Shown in pieces: positions 23,339-31,016 of a DNA stretch of 33,382 bases. The stretch's first letter is position 1. Each line of letters opens with the position of its first letter. Position numbers and translations under genes: made by a program. This DNA comes from a virus, in IMG/VR virus record IMGVR_UViG_3300045988_125345, positions 1 through 33,382 of that record. One strand, written 5' to 3'. The notes below the pieces were generated by a model, which searched no databases, was not told where the DNA came from, and saw only the letters and a program-made list of their open reading frames with translations.

Positions 23339-23364
23339 CACCGTTTAGAAAAGAGGTAAAAACA

Positions 23365-23865
23365 ATGTGTGTAATCGTTACGGCCGTGCCCGGCTCCATG
23401 CCTGAGCCTGAGGACATCCTAGCCATGAGTGACGCGAACCCGGACGGGGGCGGCGTGAGCTGGTGGGATGGGGAGCGCCTGAGGGTGTTCAAGAACGTTG
23501 ACACCCTGAAGGTGGTGGGCTTCATCTACAGCCATTGGGATAGTCTCAAGCGCGCCCCGTGTCTCATTCATTTCCGTCTCGCCACGCATGGCGCGGTGTC
23601 GCCTGAGAACTGCCACCCGTTCCACACTGAGCGCGGCTATATCGCACACAACGGTATCGCCCACGACTTCGAGGACGGCCCGTATGAGTGCGACACTAAG
23701 AACATGGTGCGCGCGTGGATTGACAGCGGATACGATAACGACACGTTCGCCGGTCAGGGTCTCGTGGCCCTCATCACCCCGCACGGTTGCCTTAAGTGGC
23801 TGGAGGGCAAGCCGATTGAATACGGGCAAGGTGTATGGGTCTCCAATATGTTTTGGGATATCTGA
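23365..23865 (+). CDS. Class II (Ntn) glutamine amidotransferase-like thiol enzyme
   Basis: The protein begins Met-Cys (MCVIV), and carries HFRLATHGAVSPENCHPF and IAHNGIA motifs. It is 166 aa long and has an AGAGG RBS. Confidence 0.7.
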   Translation: MCVIVTAVPGSMPEPEDILAMSDANPDGGGVSWWDGERLRVFKNVDTLKVVGFIYSHWDSLKRAPCLIHFRLATHGAVSPENCHPFHTERGYIAHNGIAHDFEDGPYECDTKNMVRAWIDSGYDNDTFAGQGLVALITPHGCLKWLEGKPIEYGQGVWVSNMFWDI

Positions 23866-23895
23866 AAGTTTTCGGGCGAGTCGTATGGCGCGCCC

Positions 23896-23904
23896 TGATA
23901 TAAT
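23896..23904 (+). promoter_or_regulatory. Extended -10 promoter candidate (TGATATAAT)
   Basis: A perfect TATAAT with an upstream TG, 33 nt before ATG 23937. I see no good -35. Confidence 0.35.
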
Positions 23905-23936
23905 GGAAAAACGAAACCAAGGAAATGAGGTGGAAC

Positions 23937-24317
23937 ATGAAACCTTCCGAATATTTCCGCGATAATGTCGCGAGATATCTCACAGTCCTATCCGATAGGG
24001 CGCTCGAAGCCGGAACCGACGTCGTGCGCACCATAATCGCGCTCGACACGGCAACGCCATACACGGCCAAGGACTATCAGAACGCGCTCGCCGCATGGCT
24101 GCAAGGACGGCACGACGTGTGGCAGAGTCGCATAGACGACTACAAGTCGAACCCGACTGGGAAAGCCCTCGCGACGATAGCGGACTACGCAATCCACGAA
24201 CACACCCCCCACACCCAGCGTGAGTACGATGACATCGTGGAACGCGCCTACCGCATGGCCGTGGATGAAACGCTAATCGAAAACGAACTCGAAAAAAGGA
24301 GGAACAATGGAAAGTGA
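23937..24317 (+). CDS. Hypothetical helical protein (126 aa)
   Basis: ATG 23937 follows AGGTGG; the alternative is ATG 23925. Confidence 0.6.
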   Translation: MKPSEYFRDNVARYLTVLSDRALEAGTDVVRTIIALDTATPYTAKDYQNALAAWLQGRHDVWQSRIDDYKSNPTGKALATIADYAIHEHTPHTQREYDDIVERAYRMAVDETLIENELEKRRNNGK

Positions 24318-24780
24318 GAAACGATACGACGTGCTGACGCGCATAGCAGCCGTGCAGCAGTCGGTTGAGGCGGTGAAACGCACCACCGAAGGCTACGGCT
24401 ACAAGTACGCCACGCTCAACGACGTATGGCAGCTGGTCAAGAAGACCATGGAGGAGCACAGCCTAGGCTGGACGGCCGTCTGCTCAAGCGAGATAGTCGG
24501 CGCGGACACCGACATGCCAACCGTGTACAACACGCTCACCGTGGCCGTCTACGAGGCCCCGCACGAGTATGAAAGCCTCCCGGACATGGTGAAGCATGGT
24601 GAGGCTTTGAGCAGCAGCTACACGTATCCGGCGGCGGCCGCACAGCAGGTGGGAAGCTTCGAAACCTACTACCGGCGCTATGGTCTCCTCCATCTGCTTG
24701 GCCTGACCACAATCGCGGACGATGACGGCAAAACCGCCACATCCCTCCCCCGTCCCTCTCTCACTGAAGAATTCAACTGA
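24307..24780 (+). CDS. ERF-family-like single-strand annealing protein
   Basis: RBS AAGGAGG. YKYATLNDVWQLVKKTMEEHSL and QVGSFETYYRRYGLLHLLGLTTIADDDG match the ERF signature as I recall it (G-S-x-x-T-Y-x-R-R-Y ... DDDG). Confidence 0.55.
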   Translation: MESEKRYDVLTRIAAVQQSVEAVKRTTEGYGYKYATLNDVWQLVKKTMEEHSLGWTAVCSSEIVGADTDMPTVYNTLTVAVYEAPHEYESLPDMVKHGEALSSSYTYPAAAAQQVGSFETYYRRYGLLHLLGLTTIADDDGKTATSLPRPSLTEEFN

Positions 24781-24815
24781 CCACCCCGCAAGGGCCAACT
24801 GAAAGGAAAAACAAA

Positions 24816-25355
24816 ATGGCAAACGACATGCTCGAAATCGAAGCGGTAGGCGAAATCCGATTCGTACACATCAAGGACAAGTACCAGTCTGACGCGGCGA
24901 AACAGCGCGGCATCGAACCGAGCTACCAGCTGCAACTCTCGTTCCCGAAGAACGGAGACGTGCATAAGGAACTCGTCGCGTCCGCGAAACAGCTGGGCGT
25001 GCGCGCCAATGGCGACAACCTCCGCTACAAGGATGGGGACCTCATCACCCTCAAGGACGGCACCCAGCCCCAGCGTGGCAAGTGGCTCGTCAACCTCTCG
25101 TCCAAGTGGAAGCCCAGCATCGTTGACCAGAACGCCAACGACGTTGAACTGACCGAAGAGCCGGGCGACGGCACGCTCGCCAACGTCGCGTTCAAAATCG
25201 GCACCACGAAGGAAGGCAAGCTCACCTACTTCCTGACCGGCGTCCAGCTGCTGCGAGTCGAAAAGAACACCGCCCCCGCCCCCCACAAGTTCGGCGCATA
25301 CACCCAGCTGAGCCTGAGCGACGAAGGCGTGGACGAGGAGGAGCCGGAGTTCTAA
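24816..25355 (+). CDS. ssDNA-binding protein (T7 gp2.5-like / DUF2815-like)
   Basis: 179 aa. An OB-like body is followed by an acidic C-terminal tail ending in Phe (SDEGVDEEEPEF). It lies next to the annealase. Confidence 0.6.
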   Translation: MANDMLEIEAVGEIRFVHIKDKYQSDAAKQRGIEPSYQLQLSFPKNGDVHKELVASAKQLGVRANGDNLRYKDGDLITLKDGTQPQRGKWLVNLSSKWKPSIVDQNANDVELTEEPGDGTLANVAFKIGTTKEGKLTYFLTGVQLLRVEKNTAPAPHKFGAYTQLSLSDEGVDEEEPEF

Positions 25356-25359
25356 GACA

Positions 25360-25557
25360 GTGAACGCGCCAATCCACTACAGCGACGATGACATGATTGA
25401 CGTGCTCACCACATGCCCGAACATAGACCAAGCCGCGCGCGCGCTCAACGTGTCGCGCGGCTGGTTGTTCCCGCACGCGAAACGTTTGGAGCGTGAAGGC
25501 AGAATCATTCCGAAATCAATCATGCCCGCATATTTCAAGCCAAAGGAAAACAAATGA
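25360..25557 (+). CDS. Small helix-turn-helix DNA-binding protein
   Basis: GTG start, 65 aa. IDQAARALNVSRGWLFPHAKRL is an HTH. Confidence 0.5.
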   Translation: MNAPIHYSDDDMIDVLTTCPNIDQAARALNVSRGWLFPHAKRLEREGRIIPKSIMPAYFKPKENK

Positions 25558-25832
25558 CGGAATTTCTAGACACCCCCCCCGCAGAAGTCAGGGTAAGCAC
25601 CATGTTCAACACGATGCTCAAACAGAATCTAGGCAGATGGGCGGAATACACTTCATACAAGAAACGCAACGTCGCGAACGCCACCGCATACCACATCCGC
25701 AAGCACCTCTTGGCGTGGACGGAGCCGGGCGTGGACTACGCCACAGCGACACGCCGCAAGCCGGACGGCACATACGCCGTATGGGTCAGCGCGGTACGCA
25801 TCAAGGAGGACGACAATGACGAGATTGAATAA
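25554..25832 (+). CDS. Hypothetical protein (92 aa)
   Basis: ORF with an ATGA overlap with the upstream gene. Confidence 0.55.
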   Translation: MTEFLDTPPAEVRVSTMFNTMLKQNLGRWAEYTSYKKRNVANATAYHIRKHLLAWTEPGVDYATATRRKPDGTYAVWVSAVRIKEDDNDEIE

Positions 25833-26199
25833 GCAAAAGCCGGAGCCGTTGGAGCCGGCCACACAGAACCGTCTCATCAGACTCTTGGAGCAGCAGAACT
25901 GGTACGTGCAGAAAACCGAAGGACGCTCGCGCAACGGCTTCCCCGACGTGACCGCAGTAGACCCGCTAGGCAACGTGTGGTTCATCGAACTGAAACGCAC
26001 AGTCGGAAAGCCCAGCCCGGACCAGTGCCGCGAACTCAAGGCGCTCGCCGAACATAACGCGAACGTCATGCTCCTATACGGCAAGAAGGCCGTGGACACC
26101 GTACTGCTCTACAAGAACTTGGTTGACATGACGAACGTCTACCATGAAATCCTAGTCGTCGATTCGGAAGGGAAGATGAAATGGACGAGAGAAATCTGA
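25816..26199 (+). CDS. VRR-NUC domain nuclease
   Basis: NGFPDVTAVDPLGNVWFIELKRTVGKPSPDQ is the PD...E-x-K motif of VRR-NUC. Confidence 0.75.
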   Translation: MTRLNKQKPEPLEPATQNRLIRLLEQQNWYVQKTEGRSRNGFPDVTAVDPLGNVWFIELKRTVGKPSPDQCRELKALAEHNANVMLLYGKKAVDTVLLYKNLVDMTNVYHEILVVDSEGKMKWTREI

Positions 26200-27092
26200 C
26201 ATACAAGGTCTTCCAAGACCGCGACACATGGCTCAAGGCCCGCGAGGAGACGATAGGCGCGTCAAGCCTCGCGCATTTCATCGCCACCGGACAGCTGCCG
26301 TCCCCCCCGCCGGACGTTCCGGCAGTGCAGTCGGCGTTGCAGTTCGGCAGCATCTGGGAGCCCATGCTCGTCAAACTGTACGCCGAACACCTAGAGCTCT
26401 CCATCGCCAGCAAGAACACTCCAGTCAGCCAGTTGGAGAACGGGCAGCTCGCATGGTACGACAACAGCTTCTACACGGACGGACGTCTGCACGTCTCACT
26501 GGACGCCGCATACCGCGATTTTGGCGGCATCGTCCACACCGTCGAGGCGAAGACGGGAAGCAAGCCGTCCTACACGTTCCTCGCCACGGAACAGCGCAGC
26601 CAGTATTCCGCCCAAGCGCAGATAGAGGCCCGCATGATGGACACGGAGTATGCGGAGATAATCTACGCGCAACGCCCCCCGTCGTGGGAGACGATGAGTT
26701 CGGAATACATCACCGAACGAATCAAGGAGACACTGGACATCGTGGTCGTCCCGGACGTGATGGACATTGGCAAGCTGGAAAAGTATGCGACCGAATACGA
26801 GCGCGCCATGCGGCCGGACGAGGCAGACAACGACGGACAGCACCTGCTGGCCGACCTGTTGGAGGCGAAAGACCGGTATGAGGCGCTGAAGGAACAGCTC
26901 TCCACATGGCTGGAAGAACACCCCGGCGAGCGCGTCGCATGCGCCGGACACGTCGCGCGGCTGGCCGAGACCACGCGCACCACCACCGACTACAAGGCGT
27001 ATTTCGCCAAGCACCCCGCCGACCTGACCCCGTTCAAGAAGACATCGACGACCACCCGGCTCAGCGTGGTGAAGGAGAAGAAGAATGCATGA
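26181..27092 (+). CDS. PD-(D/E)XK recombination exonuclease (YqaJ / lambda Exo-like)
   Basis: 303 aa. The motifs GASSLAHFIA ... SLDAAYRDFGGIVHTVEAKTG (D...E-x-K) are present. It lies in the recombination module with the annealase and SSB. Confidence 0.65.
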   Translation: MDERNLTYKVFQDRDTWLKAREETIGASSLAHFIATGQLPSPPPDVPAVQSALQFGSIWEPMLVKLYAEHLELSIASKNTPVSQLENGQLAWYDNSFYTDGRLHVSLDAAYRDFGGIVHTVEAKTGSKPSYTFLATEQRSQYSAQAQIEARMMDTEYAEIIYAQRPPSWETMSSEYITERIKETLDIVVVPDVMDIGKLEKYATEYERAMRPDEADNDGQHLLADLLEAKDRYEALKEQLSTWLEEHPGERVACAGHVARLAETTRTTTDYKAYFAKHPADLTPFKKTSTTTRLSVVKEKKNA

Positions 27093-27228
27093 GTTCATAG
27101 TGGACTGCCTGCACATGCTCGCCGTCATCCTCCTGTCGGTGCTCGGAAGCACGACGGTCATATTCGTCATCATCGGAGCGGCCAAAAGAATCTTCGACCT
27201 CATCGAGCATAGGCACGACGATGAGTGA
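27085..27228 (+). CDS. Small membrane protein (47 aa, not in the supplied ORF track)
   Basis: MHEFIVDCLHMLAVILLSVLGSTTVIFVIIGAAKRIFDLIEHRHDDE. Both ends overlap neighbouring genes, with the stop inside ATG 27221. There is one TM helix. Confidence 0.4.
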   Translation: MHEFIVDCLHMLAVILLSVLGSTTVIFVIIGAAKRIFDLIEHRHDDE

Positions 27229-27598
27229 CGTGACGGAATGGCTTGACAGCGAGGCTTGGGCGGACATCGAGAAGATGCGCCAGCCCAAGCCCATGCCGCC
27301 CGCCGAAAAGAAGAAGACCGTCACCCGATACGCCGACATGACGCCTGAGAAGGCGGAGCATAAGCGGAAGCTGAAAAAGAAGTGGATTAACGCCCACCAT
27401 GAGGCGATGCTCGACTATTGGGTGCAGTACCGGAAGCGGCATCGCGAAGAGACCCGCGAGGCGTGCTGCAAGTGGCAGAGGAAATTCCGCGAGGAACACG
27501 GCGTCTGCTATCAGACTTGGCGCAGGTGGAGGCAGACGCCCGAAGGCCGCGAGCGCATAGCCGCATGGGAGGCCGAGCATGGAAAGGACACGCAGTGA
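27221..27598 (+). CDS. Hypothetical basic, Trp/Arg-rich protein (125 aa)
   Basis: ORF coupled to the helicase start (GTGA). Confidence 0.55.
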   Translation: MSDVTEWLDSEAWADIEKMRQPKPMPPAEKKKTVTRYADMTPEKAEHKRKLKKKWINAHHEAMLDYWVQYRKRHREETREACCKWQRKFREEHGVCYQTWRRWRQTPEGRERIAAWEAEHGKDTQ

Positions 27599-28851
27599 GG
27601 GCTTTCATATTCGATGAGGCAGGAACCGGCAAGACGAAGCGCAGCATGGACCTGCTGGACGACGCCGAACATATCCTCGTCATCTGTCCGGCAAGCGTCG
27701 TGAAGACCGCATGGTTGCCGCAAATCGGCCAATGGTCCCACGGCAAGGCGCTGACCATCGAAGACTATCGCAAGATGGGATGGCCCCGTGACTACCGTTT
27801 CCTCGTCGTGTCATACAACATGGCGTCGAAGCTGAGTGAGGTGCCTGACGGTTTCAGCCTCATCGTGGATGAGAGTCACATGGTGAAGAATCCTAGGAGC
27901 GGGCGTTCCAAGGTCGTGAAGGGCATCAGCGACCTCGCCAAGGACGTGCTGATGCTGACCGGCACGCCCGCTCCGAAGGACTTGGAGGACCTGTACGGTC
28001 AGACGGTCGTCATGTACCCGCACGCCAAGGATAGGATGGCCCTGTTAGGCGATTCTTGGCGCACTCTAGGGGCTTTCAGGACACGGTACGGTAAACCATA
28101 CACGATGAACGTGCAAGGGCGTACAGTGGTCAAATACACGTATTCTCAGCCCATGGTCGAGGAGGCGTGCCGACAGTTGCAGAAGCTCGTGCTGGACATC
28201 CGGCGCGGCGGCAACCCATTGCCAGAAGTCGAATGGCTCCCGTCGCCGAAAACCGAACAGGAGGATGCGGCGCTCGAACAGTGGACGGGCACGCACCAGC
28301 TGGCCGAAGACGTGTACGCGACGAGCGCGAGCGCCGCCGCCGTCAAACTCGCCCAGCTCGACGACGGCTTCGCCTATAAGGCCGAAGACCGCGGCGAATC
28401 CTACTGGTTCGGCGTGTCCAAACTCAAAACAGTCTACGATGAAGCCAAGAGACGCGAAGACCCGACGCCACTGCTCGTATGGACGCGGTTCAAAGCGGTG
28501 AGGGACGAAATCTACCGCACTTGGACGCCATGCACGGACGCGAGAACGTTCCTAGCCATGACCGACCAAGAACGCGGAGGGTACCGGCTCATCGTCGCCA
28601 ACCCGCAGTCGATGGGCACCGGCGTGGACGGATTGCAGCATCTCATAAAAGACCAGATATGGCTCGACCTCCCATGGACATACGCCGACTGGGAGCAGGC
28701 CAACCGAAGACTGGTGCGACGCGGAAGCCCCTATCAGGGACAACAGCGCATACTCGTGCCGGACACGTCTTGGAACCGCAAGGTCATGGACGTGATAGAA
28801 GGAAGGAAGACCCTAGATGACATCATCAAAACCGAAAAACAACTGGGATGA
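27595..28851 (+). CDS. SNF2/DEAD-like helicase
   Basis: The start is GTG 27595, which follows GGAAAGGA and overlaps the upstream stop. The motifs IFDEAGTGKTKRS (motif I), LIVDESHMVKN (motif II) and a C-terminal helicase domain are present. The track start at 27418 would overlap the previous gene by 180 nt. Confidence 0.8.
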   Translation: MRAFIFDEAGTGKTKRSMDLLDDAEHILVICPASVVKTAWLPQIGQWSHGKALTIEDYRKMGWPRDYRFLVVSYNMASKLSEVPDGFSLIVDESHMVKNPRSGRSKVVKGISDLAKDVLMLTGTPAPKDLEDLYGQTVVMYPHAKDRMALLGDSWRTLGAFRTRYGKPYTMNVQGRTVVKYTYSQPMVEEACRQLQKLVLDIRRGGNPLPEVEWLPSPKTEQEDAALEQWTGTHQLAEDVYATSASAAAVKLAQLDDGFAYKAEDRGESYWFGVSKLKTVYDEAKRREDPTPLLVWTRFKAVRDEIYRTWTPCTDARTFLAMTDQERGGYRLIVANPQSMGTGVDGLQHLIKDQIWLDLPWTYADWEQANRRLVRRGSPYQGQQRILVPDTSWNRKVMDVIEGRKTLDDIIKTEKQLG

Positions 28852-29215
28852 CGTGATGGAAGGAGTCAACAAGGCGATTCCCACCAAAACCGTCAAAGGC
28901 ACATGCGACATCCTCATCGACCAGCCGACTGTGGATAATCCAATCTACACGCGCATCTCCGACAACCTCGACCATGTGAAGAACATGCTCAACGGTGAGA
29001 AGGCCGAGGAATACGGCAATCCGCGCATCATGTTCCGCAACATCTCGCGACGGTGGTTCGGATGCGACGATGCGGAAGTGGACGTCGCCATCATGATGGC
29101 CGAACTGAAAATCGAACGCATCAAATACGACCATGGCAAGGAAGACTCGTATCTGGACGCCATCGCCTATCTCACCATGGCATTGGCGTTCATGCAGGAG
29201 GGAGAGAAGGAATGA
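28817..29215 (+). CDS. Conserved phage protein, possibly of the DUF6378-like all-alpha family (family assigned from memory)
   Basis: EEYGNPRIMFRNISRRWFG...VDVAIMMAELKIERIKYDHGKEDSYLDAIAYLTMA. The RBS is GAAGGAAGGAAG. Confidence 0.4.
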   Translation: MTSSKPKNNWDDVMEGVNKAIPTKTVKGTCDILIDQPTVDNPIYTRISDNLDHVKNMLNGEKAEEYGNPRIMFRNISRRWFGCDDAEVDVAIMMAELKIERIKYDHGKEDSYLDAIAYLTMALAFMQEGEKE

Positions 29216-29601
29216 CCGGCGACAACCGCAACGTGACGCGGCTGAAAGTGAGCCGCGAGGAGTGGCTGAAAATAGAGTCCGGTGAAACAAGCTTCATACT
29301 CAGTGAAGACGAACCGTCATACGAGCAGGTGGCAATCGTGTTCGTGGACGCCCTCACCGGAACGCACCTCGGCAACGCCATCATCGTCTCGGAATCCACG
29401 TTCGGCGGATGGGAGAGCACTCCTTGGACATGGAGCATGTTCGCCAAGCTCACCGGCATGACCGAGCGGGAACTCAAAGAACGGTTCCCCGCGGAAGCGA
29501 AGATGAAAAACCCATCCGCATGCGAAATGTATCTGTGCGAAATCAAACCGGTAGACAACAGCGAACTGTTGCAACGCCTTTGCGGCGAACAAGGAGAATG
29601 A
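29212..29601 (+). CDS. ASCH/PUA-like domain protein (tentative)
   Basis: ATG 29212 overlaps the upstream stop. TRLKVSREEWLKIESGETSFILSEDEPSYEQ resembles the ASCH/DUF3850 opening motif. Confidence 0.4.
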   Translation: MTGDNRNVTRLKVSREEWLKIESGETSFILSEDEPSYEQVAIVFVDALTGTHLGNAIIVSESTFGGWESTPWTWSMFAKLTGMTERELKERFPAEAKMKNPSACEMYLCEIKPVDNSELLQRLCGEQGE

Positions 29602-29602
29602 A

Positions 29603-30142
29603 ATGCTGAACGACATCACCATCGAACAGTGCGTGGACCATCAAGACCTCATCCTGCCATACACGGAAGAACAGTTGAACCCCAACTCGTACGACGTGAC
29701 CTTGCAGGACACCATCATCACCTATGGCATGGATTCGGAGGACGGCTACGCGGACGGCGGCGACCACACGTTGCACGGCGTCCACACCAAGCCCGTCAGA
29801 ATCGTCGGACACTACATGCTCCAGCCCGGCCAGTTCGTGCTGGGAGCCACCGTGGAGAAAATCAGCCTCCCGGACAACATGATGGCACGGTTCGACGGGA
29901 AAAGCAGTCTCGGCCGACTCGGACTCTGCACGCATGTGACCGCCGGGTTCATCGACGCCGGATTCATCGGCACCATCACCGTCGAACTGAAGAACGAGAA
30001 TAATTTCCCCATCATGCTGAAGCCCGGCATGCGAATCGGCCAAGTGTCTTTCGAATACTTGAACGCCGCCTCGGTGAAACCGTACGGCATGGTCGGCCAC
30101 TACCAGCATCAGAACGCGCCACAGCCAGCGGTGGAGGTTTGA
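29603..30142 (+). CDS. dcd: dCTP deaminase family protein (possibly bifunctional dCTP deaminase-dUTPase)
   Basis: LNPNSYDVTL ... FDGKSSLGRLGLCTHVTAGFIDAGFIGTITVELKNENNFPIMLKPGMRIGQVSF. Confidence 0.85.
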   Translation: MLNDITIEQCVDHQDLILPYTEEQLNPNSYDVTLQDTIITYGMDSEDGYADGGDHTLHGVHTKPVRIVGHYMLQPGQFVLGATVEKISLPDNMMARFDGKSSLGRLGLCTHVTAGFIDAGFIGTITVELKNENNFPIMLKPGMRIGQVSFEYLNAASVKPYGMVGHYQHQNAPQPAVEV

Positions 30143-30143
30143 T

Positions 30144-30290
30144 ATGAAAGCACCTCGCCAATGCCTGAACTGCGGGCGTGATATGACGTTGGAGGAATGG
30201 TATCCGGAAATGCTGTGCGATGACTGCAAGAGGGAAATCGACTCGGCGTTTACGGATGAGGATGAAGGATTGGAGTATCAAGATGCTTAG
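30144..30290 (+). CDS. Small zinc-ribbon protein (48 aa, not in the track)
   Basis: The GGAGG RBS precedes MKAPRQCLNCGRDMTLEEWYPEMLCDDCKREIDSAFTDEDEGLEYQDA. Confidence 0.4.
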   Translation: MKAPRQCLNCGRDMTLEEWYPEMLCDDCKREIDSAFTDEDEGLEYQDA

Positions 30291-30411
30291 AGCACTGGCC
30301 CACCTCGACCCGACTCTGTGTAAGCATTGCCTGAAGAAGCTCACTCAGAAAGAATTATGGCTTTTCGACGGGTACTGCACAACATGCTGGAGGTTGCGCG
30401 GTGGCAATTGA
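30283..30411 (+). CDS. Small zinc-ribbon protein (42 aa)
   Basis: MLRALAHLDPTLCKHCLKKLTQKELWLFDGYCTTCWRLRGGN, with the start overlapping the previous stop. Confidence 0.35.
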   Translation: MLRALAHLDPTLCKHCLKKLTQKELWLFDGYCTTCWRLRGGN

Positions 30412-30769
30412 ATGTGACTGGCGTGACAGCGGCAAATACTATCTGAGCCCGGAGCAGGAAAGCGCCATAAAGATGCGGAGCATAGCATGGTACGGCCCCG
30501 ACACGCAGACCACCACATGCATGGAGGAATGCGCGGAACTCATTCAGGCAATCAGCAAGCTCAAACGCTTCAATCCCGAAGACCCGAACAACAAGGTCGA
30601 CCGCAAGGAGCTTATCGAGAACCTGTACGAGGAAGTGGCCGACGTGCTGATATGCATTGACCTGCTGACCGAAATCTACGGGCTGAAATTTGGCGACGTG
30701 CGGCGCATGATACATCACAAGGTGTGGCGCATGAAGCGGAGGATGGAAGCGCAGGGGGCGGAATTATGA
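30401..30769 (+). CDS. mazG: MazG-like nucleotide pyrophosphohydrolase
   Basis: CMEECAELIQAISK ... LIENLYEEVADVLICIDLL is the EExxE / ExxD metal-binding helix pattern. The start is uncertain (GTG 30401 or ATG 30473). Confidence 0.65.
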   Translation: MAIECDWRDSGKYYLSPEQESAIKMRSIAWYGPDTQTTTCMEECAELIQAISKLKRFNPEDPNNKVDRKELIENLYEEVADVLICIDLLTEIYGLKFGDVRRMIHHKVWRMKRRMEAQGAEL

Positions 30770-30924
30770 TTGAGATTCTGAAACTCATTGTCTGCACTAC
30801 CATTCTGCTCGCGCTCGTAGCGGCCATCCTGATTGTCTGCGACGCGTGGAGCGACCGCGTGTTCCTCGCATATGTGGCTATCGCCGTCATGGCGATAGTC
30901 GCCTGCGTGTGGCTGTACAACTAA
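30766..30924 (+). CDS. Small two-TM membrane protein (52 aa)
   Basis: ATG 30766 overlaps the mazG stop (ATGA). MIEILKLIVCTTILLALVAAILIVCDAWSDRVFLAYVAIAVMAIVACVWLYN. Confidence 0.5.
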   Translation: MIEILKLIVCTTILLALVAAILIVCDAWSDRVFLAYVAIAVMAIVACVWLYN

Positions 30925-30930
30925 AGAGAA

Positions 30931-31003
30931 AGCCCCCGCATTAACCTTGCGGGGGCTGGGGAGAAACCAAAGGAGGGCTGTTGGTAAAAACCACCAACAG
31001 CCC
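30931..31003. terminator. Two back-to-back hairpins forming a bidirectional terminator between the convergent arms
   Basis: agcccccgca-ttaacct-tgcgggggct lies at 30931-30957, and gggctgttggt-aaaaacc-accaacagccc at 30975-31003. T-rich flanks are present on both strands. Confidence 0.6.
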
Positions 31004-31016
31004 TTATTGTATCAGG

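Noticed and set aside
24678-25286. A minus-strand 202-aa ORF and other minus-strand ORFs within the right arm (for example 21720..22121, 22392..22853, 26496..27203, 29543..30229).
   Set aside because: They are antisense to plus-strand genes that have clear motifs and RBSs. Their translations are low-complexity and R/G/V-rich.
27418-27594. An upstream extension of the SNF2 helicase ORF (track start 27418).
   Set aside because: It would overlap the well-formed 27221..27598 gene by 180 nt. GTG 27595 has an RBS and a GTGA coupling overlap, and motif I begins immediately after it.
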